Below are positions 59,444 through 64,000 of a stretch of 64,000 nucleotides of DNA, one piece after another (position 1 is the first letter of the stretch; every line of letters starts with the position of its first letter). A program made the translations under genes and the position numbers. The stretch is from Candidatus Latescibacterota bacterium (lineage in GTDB: Bacteria > Latescibacterota > UBA2968 > UBA8231). The stretch is taken from NCBI GenBank assembly GCA_965197905.1, contig CBDAOB010000003.1:480001-544000 (forward strand), given 5' to 3'. The notes beneath the pieces are model-generated. The model saw nothing but the letters and a program-made list of their open reading frames with translations. It was not told the DNA's origin and searched no databases.

Positions 59444-60505
59444 ATGAGCACCTCTGGCAGTACCGAACATCGCAAAGCCGCCCGCCGCGCCGGGTTGATG
59501 TATGTGACCGACGGAGTGCCTGGCATCACTCGCCGCCGTGCCGGCAAAGGGTGGTCCTTCAGCAAACCCGGCGGGGGTCGCATAACTTCGGCCAGGGAGC
59601 GGCAACGCATTCTCTCGTTGGCCATTCCACCTGCGTGGACCGACGTCTGGATCTGTCCCGATTCCAAGGGCCACATACAGGCCACGGCTCGTGATGCCAA
59701 GGGCAGAAAACAGTACCGCTACCACCCAGACTACCGCGAGTCCCGCGAGCGCTCGAAGTTTCGTCGCATTCTCGAGCTCAGCGAGGTTCTGCCATCCATC
59801 CGCGAACAAGCCGAAACCGATCTCCGCGCCCCTGAGCTGAGCCGCCGCCAAATTCTCGCTACGGCCGTCCAGCTGTTGGACAAGACGCTTATCCGCGTTG
59901 GCAGCGACGAATATGCCAGAGAGAACCGGTCCTTCGGATTGACGACGTTGCGCAGCAGACATGTCAAGATTGAAGGTTCCGAGCTGCGTTTCACCTTCCG
60001 CGGAAAAAGCGGCGTGCAGCATGCGCTTTCTGTCCGAGACCGACGCATCTCCCGCATCATCCAACGCTGCCAGGATCTGCCGGGGCAGGAGCTATTTCAG
60101 TATATCGATCCTGAGGGAAGGCGAATTACGATCGCATCGGATGATGTCAACGCATATCTTCGCGAGATCGCCGTCAGCGATGTCACCGCGAAGGACTTCC
60201 GCACCTGGGGAGGAACGATGCTTGCCGGCACGGAGTTGCGCTCCATGGGACCAACACTCACCAAACGCGATGCGACTAGCAATATCAATGCTGCCTTAGA
60301 CGCGGTCGCCCAACGTTTGGGCAATACGCGCGCGGTATGCCGAAAGTACTACGTACACCCCGCTCTGTTGGATGCGTATCTTGAAGGTCGCACGGCAGCC
60401 GCCTCGAAGAAAGCGGTCAAGCGAGGCGCTCGGGGGAAGCAACCGGTGGCTGCGCTGCGCCTGGATGAGGTAGCCATTCTACAGTTTCTGCAGGATCTGC
60501 TGTGA
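59444..60505 (+). CDS. DNA topoisomerase IB (bacterial/poxvirus-like)
   Basis: IPPAWTDVWI, GHIQA..RDAKGRKQYRYH, and catalytic residues LIRVG (R), FRGKSG (K), KDFRTW (R), LGNT (N) and RKYYVHP (Y). Confidence 0.95.
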   Translation: MSTSGSTEHRKAARRAGLMYVTDGVPGITRRRAGKGWSFSKPGGGRITSARERQRILSLAIPPAWTDVWICPDSKGHIQATARDAKGRKQYRYHPDYRESRERSKFRRILELSEVLPSIREQAETDLRAPELSRRQILATAVQLLDKTLIRVGSDEYARENRSFGLTTLRSRHVKIEGSELRFTFRGKSGVQHALSVRDRRISRIIQRCQDLPGQELFQYIDPEGRRITIASDDVNAYLREIAVSDVTAKDFRTWGGTMLAGTELRSMGPTLTKRDATSNINAALDAVAQRLGNTRAVCRKYYVHPALLDAYLEGRTAAASKKAVKRGARGKQPVAALRLDEVAILQFLQDLL

Positions 60506-60629
60506 ACATAACCAAGGAAAAGATCAGCTGTTCTTCGGCGTAGCGCCCTTCGCTTAGCAGGCTTGTCACGCTACGAGCATTCTTGTCCACCGAAACGCCC
60601 CATTGAGGGCTTATCCTAGAGCAAAAGAA

Positions 60630-62859
60630 ATGACTTCAGTCACCGCCTTGAAACGTGTGGGTTCCACGTCAAAGCGCCTGGCCGATAAGCCGTACGAAAA
60701 GCGGCTCTGCCGCATCGAGTCCCACTACCCTCCCCCACCGGACCAGGGAGGCAAACAGATGGTTACGATCACACCGGAGGAATACCTCGAGGTCATCGAC
60801 GACTGCGGCTACGAGGTCATCGTGATCAGCGGGGAGCACAATCGCGGCACGCCACGCTTTCCTTCGAAGATATTCGCACCCCACCCACAGCTCGCCAACG
60901 ACATGCTGCCGCGATTTATCGAGTTGTGCCATGAGAAGGGGATTGTCGTCCTCTCCTACTACCCGATCATCTTCTCCAAACCGCTGCGCCAGGTCCATCC
61001 GGAATGGCTGATGCAGTTTCTCGACGACGGCCGGCCGGATCCGGAGAACGAGGGGTGGTTCTGCTTCAACTCCCCGTTCCGCGACTGGCTGCCCGGCTGT
61101 TTGCACGAATACATGGAGCTGCTCGACATCGACGGGCTGTACTTCGACGACATCAACTGGGGCTCTCACGCCGACAGTCCCTACACTCCGTCTTGCTGTT
61201 GCGATTATTGTGTCAAACTATTTCGCGAAGAGACCGGATTCGAGGTCCCGCGCAAGGTCGACTTCGACTCGAAGGACTTCCGGCATTTTGTCAACTGGCG
61301 CTACGAGAAACTCACTGAGTTTCTGCACCACCTGTTCAGTTCCGTGAGAGAAAAGTATCCCGACGCGATCCTGGATATGAACACCTACTACTGGCTTGGC
61401 GCCGAGTGGTCGCAGGGCCATCCTTTGAGTTCGTTCCGTCTGGAGGAGGTAGGTGGCTATTCGTTCGTTGAGTGTTTTCCGTACAGCCACCGATATCTGC
61501 GCACCCCCAGTTGGGTGGCCAAGGTGCTGCGCGCTACCGGCACGCCGTTCTCTCTGTTCCTGAACGGCAACCAGGGCATGCGGGGGTTTAGCTCGGTGCC
61601 GTACCCGGAAGGCCACGGCGAGAGCATCTTCGGCATGATCGCCCTGGCGCACGGCGGCGGTACCTGTGGGGCGCCGTTTGGCGGCTCCAGCGTCCACGGC
61701 GGCTACCTGTACCTCACCCCGGGACGGCCACAAGGAGATGTTCAGTCAAATCAAGAAGCGGGTGGAGTACGCGGAGGGCGAGAGCCTGAAATACCTGGCG
61801 TTGCACTGCTCAACCCAGAACCGCGACTTCGAGCTGAACGAGATCTGCCGCGACCCGGTGGCCTCGCACAACTGGAGCGGCCGCCTGAGACAGAAGTTCA
61901 TGTTCGGGGCGTATGAGATGCTCAACGGCTCACAGATTCCGCTCGACTTCGTGTTGGACGAACACCTCGTTGGCGAGCGCCTGGCACCGTATCAGATTCT
62001 CTTCCTGTCCAACAGCGCCTGTCTTTCGGATGAACAGTGCGCGGCGATTACCGCTTTCGTTCAGAAGGGCGGAAGGCTGATCGCGACAAGTGAAACGTCG
62101 TTGTTCGACGAGCTGGGGTACGAACGCAAGAACTTCGCGTTGGCCGATCTACTGGGGGTGGACTTTGTCGGCCGTTGCGGTGGCGGAGAGGAGCACGGTG
62201 TCGCCTACGTGGCGCACGAAGACTGGATACGGGAACGGACGGGTGAGCTGGTCTGTTTTTACGGCCGCGACCTGGAGGTTTCGCTGAAGCCGGGAGCCCG
62301 CGCCATCTGCAGCCGCAGCACTTTATCCGCCGACAAGGACGACTTGAAGGATGGACTGTCGGCCTATCACCCCGGCGGAGACCACGATACGGGTCAACCT
62401 GCCGTTGTGATAAGCGAATACGGCAAGGGGAAGGTCGTTTACATCGCCGGCGACGTGGGGGGCGCTTTCATGAACAGCCCCTATCCCCCGCTGATGCGTT
62501 TTGTCGTCGGTTTGGTGAAGCAGACACCGCCGCCGGTGGAGATCGAGGGACCGCAAGCGCTGGAGATCACGGCTGCGCATCGGCCGTCCGGTGAGCTGAT
62601 GGTGCATCTGATCAACAATCCTGCGTCATTGATTCCGTGGCGTATCTATGACGACGAAGACATGCAGCGGTTACGGCCCGACATGGGCTCGTTCAATGCC
62701 GTGCTGGAGCTGCCACCGCTGCGGGACATTCGCGTTCGCCTCAACGATCCCGAGGTTAAATCTGTTCGAATGCCGTTGCTGGACCTGGATCTGGAAGTCA
62801 ACGATGGAGCCGTCTTGGTGCCTGAAGTGAAACTTCACGAGGTACTGCTCGCGAGCTAG
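60630..62859 (+). CDS. Glycoside hydrolase-like protein (GHL6/GH42/GH151-like), paralog 4, frameshifted at 61717-61720
   Basis: KRVGST, CFNSPF, DGLYFDD and CCCDYC in ORF 60603..61916. LSNSACLSD, TSLFDELG and LHEVLL in ORF 61666..62859. Removing one C from CCCC gives YLTRDGHKEMF, which aligns with paralog 1 INREANKRVF. Confidence 0.8.
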
Positions 62860-62933
62860 CCCGCGGCCATCTCGGCCGCGCCAACACCGGTCGGTGAGCA
62901 CCCGGGCCTATATACGGGTGGTAAACGGGGTCA

Positions 62934-63650
62934 ATGAACATCGTTCTCTTTTCAGAAAAAGAAATAGACCGCCCCCTTCTTCTAGACGACCCCCGCGCCG
63001 TTCATCTCCTTGAGGTTCTGAAGGTGGTGGAAGGAGATCTTTTCGACGTTGGGCTCATCGACGGCCCGAGGGGAAAAGGGCGAATTACAACGATCGGCGG
63101 GCGCGGTATTCAGTTCGAGTGTAGCTTCTCATCCGAGATTCCCCAGCTGTACGATGTCACCATGCTCATCGGTCTTCCCCGTCCGCCCAGTGCAAGACGC
63201 ATGCTGAGAGACTTGACTGCTCAGGGGGCAGGAGAGCTGCGGTTCGTGGTTACGGAAAAAGGCGAGAAATCATACCTGAACAGCCGCCTGTGGTCGCATC
63301 GCGAGTACGAGCGCCTGCTTTGCGAGGGCGCCGCACAGGCGTTTTGCACCTGTCTTCCAAAGGTCTCGGTCCACTCTTCACTATCGGACTGCGTCGAAGG
63401 CCTCGAAGGGCAAATGGACCTCCTCGCACTCGACAACTACGAGTCCAGCCTGCCGCTCGGCGCATACCGTCCCTGCCATAGCCGAACAGTTCTGGCTGTA
63501 GGCGCCGAGCGAGGTTGGTCCACTTCCGAACGCGATCTGCTGCGTGCACACGAGTTTACCCTGGCCAGCGTGGGCGAGCGCGTGCTGAAAACCGAAACCG
63601 CAGCTATTGTGGCGCTGGCGATTGTTCTGGCGAAGCGCGGGTTAGTCTAG
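62934..63650 (+). CDS. rsmE: 16S rRNA m3U1498 methyltransferase RsmE
   Basis: HL..VL, EGAAQA, AVGAERGWS..E, LASVGERVLKTETA. Confidence 0.88.
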   Translation: MNIVLFSEKEIDRPLLLDDPRAVHLLEVLKVVEGDLFDVGLIDGPRGKGRITTIGGRGIQFECSFSSEIPQLYDVTMLIGLPRPPSARRMLRDLTAQGAGELRFVVTEKGEKSYLNSRLWSHREYERLLCEGAAQAFCTCLPKVSVHSSLSDCVEGLEGQMDLLALDNYESSLPLGAYRPCHSRTVLAVGAERGWSTSERDLLRAHEFTLASVGERVLKTETAAIVALAIVLAKRGLV

Positions 63651-63688
63651 AGTCGCTGAAACCGCCGGCTGCCCAGTCCCCGCAAGAA

Positions 63689-64000
63689 TCACGGTTGACC
63701 CCACCCTGGATAAGGACGAGCCTGCTTGATGAACAAAACGGGCTCTCCCTTTGGATCGTCGCCAATCGGCTGATCGAATTTGAACTCCGTATCCATAGCA
63801 TACCACGAATTGTTACCGTAAACCGGTTGGAAGAATTCGTGAATCTCTTTCAGCGCGATCCCCAATCTGTGTACTTGGGCGTTGGTCAGGACCGTCTTTC
63901 CCTTGGGCACGAGATTGGAATGGGCGATGAAGATGATCGGTTGTCCCGGGAAATCGAACTGATAGATAAATTGATCCGATGTTACCCCGGGATCCGGCTG
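63689..64000 (-). CDS. C-terminal part of a PEP/pyruvate-binding (PPDK_N-like) domain protein, truncated by the window edge
   Basis: Frame open to the window end, with VLT..Q...L..AL..IH..F, MDTEFKF and LFIKQARPY. Confidence 0.65.
   Translation of the reverse strand, partial: QPDPGVTSDQFIYQFDFPGQPIIFIAHSNLVPKGKTVLTNAQVHRLGIALKEIHEFFQPVYGNNSWYAMDTEFKFDQPIGDDPKGEPVLFIKQARPYPGWGQP

Noticed and set aside
18056..61720. Programmed ribosomal frameshifting or phase variation at the split genes
   Set aside because: There are no slippery heptamers or long repeats. The runs are only 2-4 nt, and intact paralogs show the unshifted sequence.
13278..62859. Shared N-terminal KRVGST motif as a Tat signal or compartment-targeting peptide
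   Set aside because: There is no twin-arginine consensus or hydrophobic h-region, and conservation runs continuously into the catalytic domain, so it is more likely structural.
1..64000. CRISPR array, tRNA/rRNA, transposase, integrase or prophage genes
   Set aside because: I saw no regularly spaced repeats, RNA gene signatures or mobile-element motifs. TopIB shares the tyrosine-recombinase fold but has clear TopIB motifs.

Overview
This is a GC-rich chromosomal window (roughly 60% GC by eye) from a diderm bacterium, judging by the porin and outer-membrane barrel genes. I found no rRNA, tRNA, CRISPR array or transposase. Most of the window is a catabolic arsenal of expanded paralog families without obvious signal peptides: four ~725-aa TIM-barrel/CxCxxC/trimerization-domain glycosidase-like proteins (GH42/GH151/GHL6-like), five beta-propeller + beta-sandwich GH32/GH43-like proteins, BNR/sialidase-like proteins, four PhyH dioxygenases, two luciferase-like monooxygenases, SDR/AKR/ALDH/YiaK oxidoreductases, and M81 and M24 peptidases. 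This gene content resembles marine Latescibacterota/Poribacteria-type genomes (inference only). Signalling and transport genes include porin + two hybrid kinases, a heme-c sensor kinase, a Ytr-type ABC/GntR/DUF2807 operon with a visible promoter and operator, an NCS2 permease and a CPA antiporter with two RCK modules. The best candidate for an undescribed system is a DNA-processing module at 29.5-32.7 kb. There, a stand-alone PolX N-terminal HhH protein that lacks the lyase lysine is translationally coupled to a SMARCAL1-like SNF2 ATPase with a C-terminal SWIM finger, and a DUF72 gene lies divergently. A bacterial topoisomerase IB is also present. At least four genes carry single-base frameshifts, mostly in short homopolymers and probably sequencing errors, and one gene end carries a perfect 20-bp tandem duplication.
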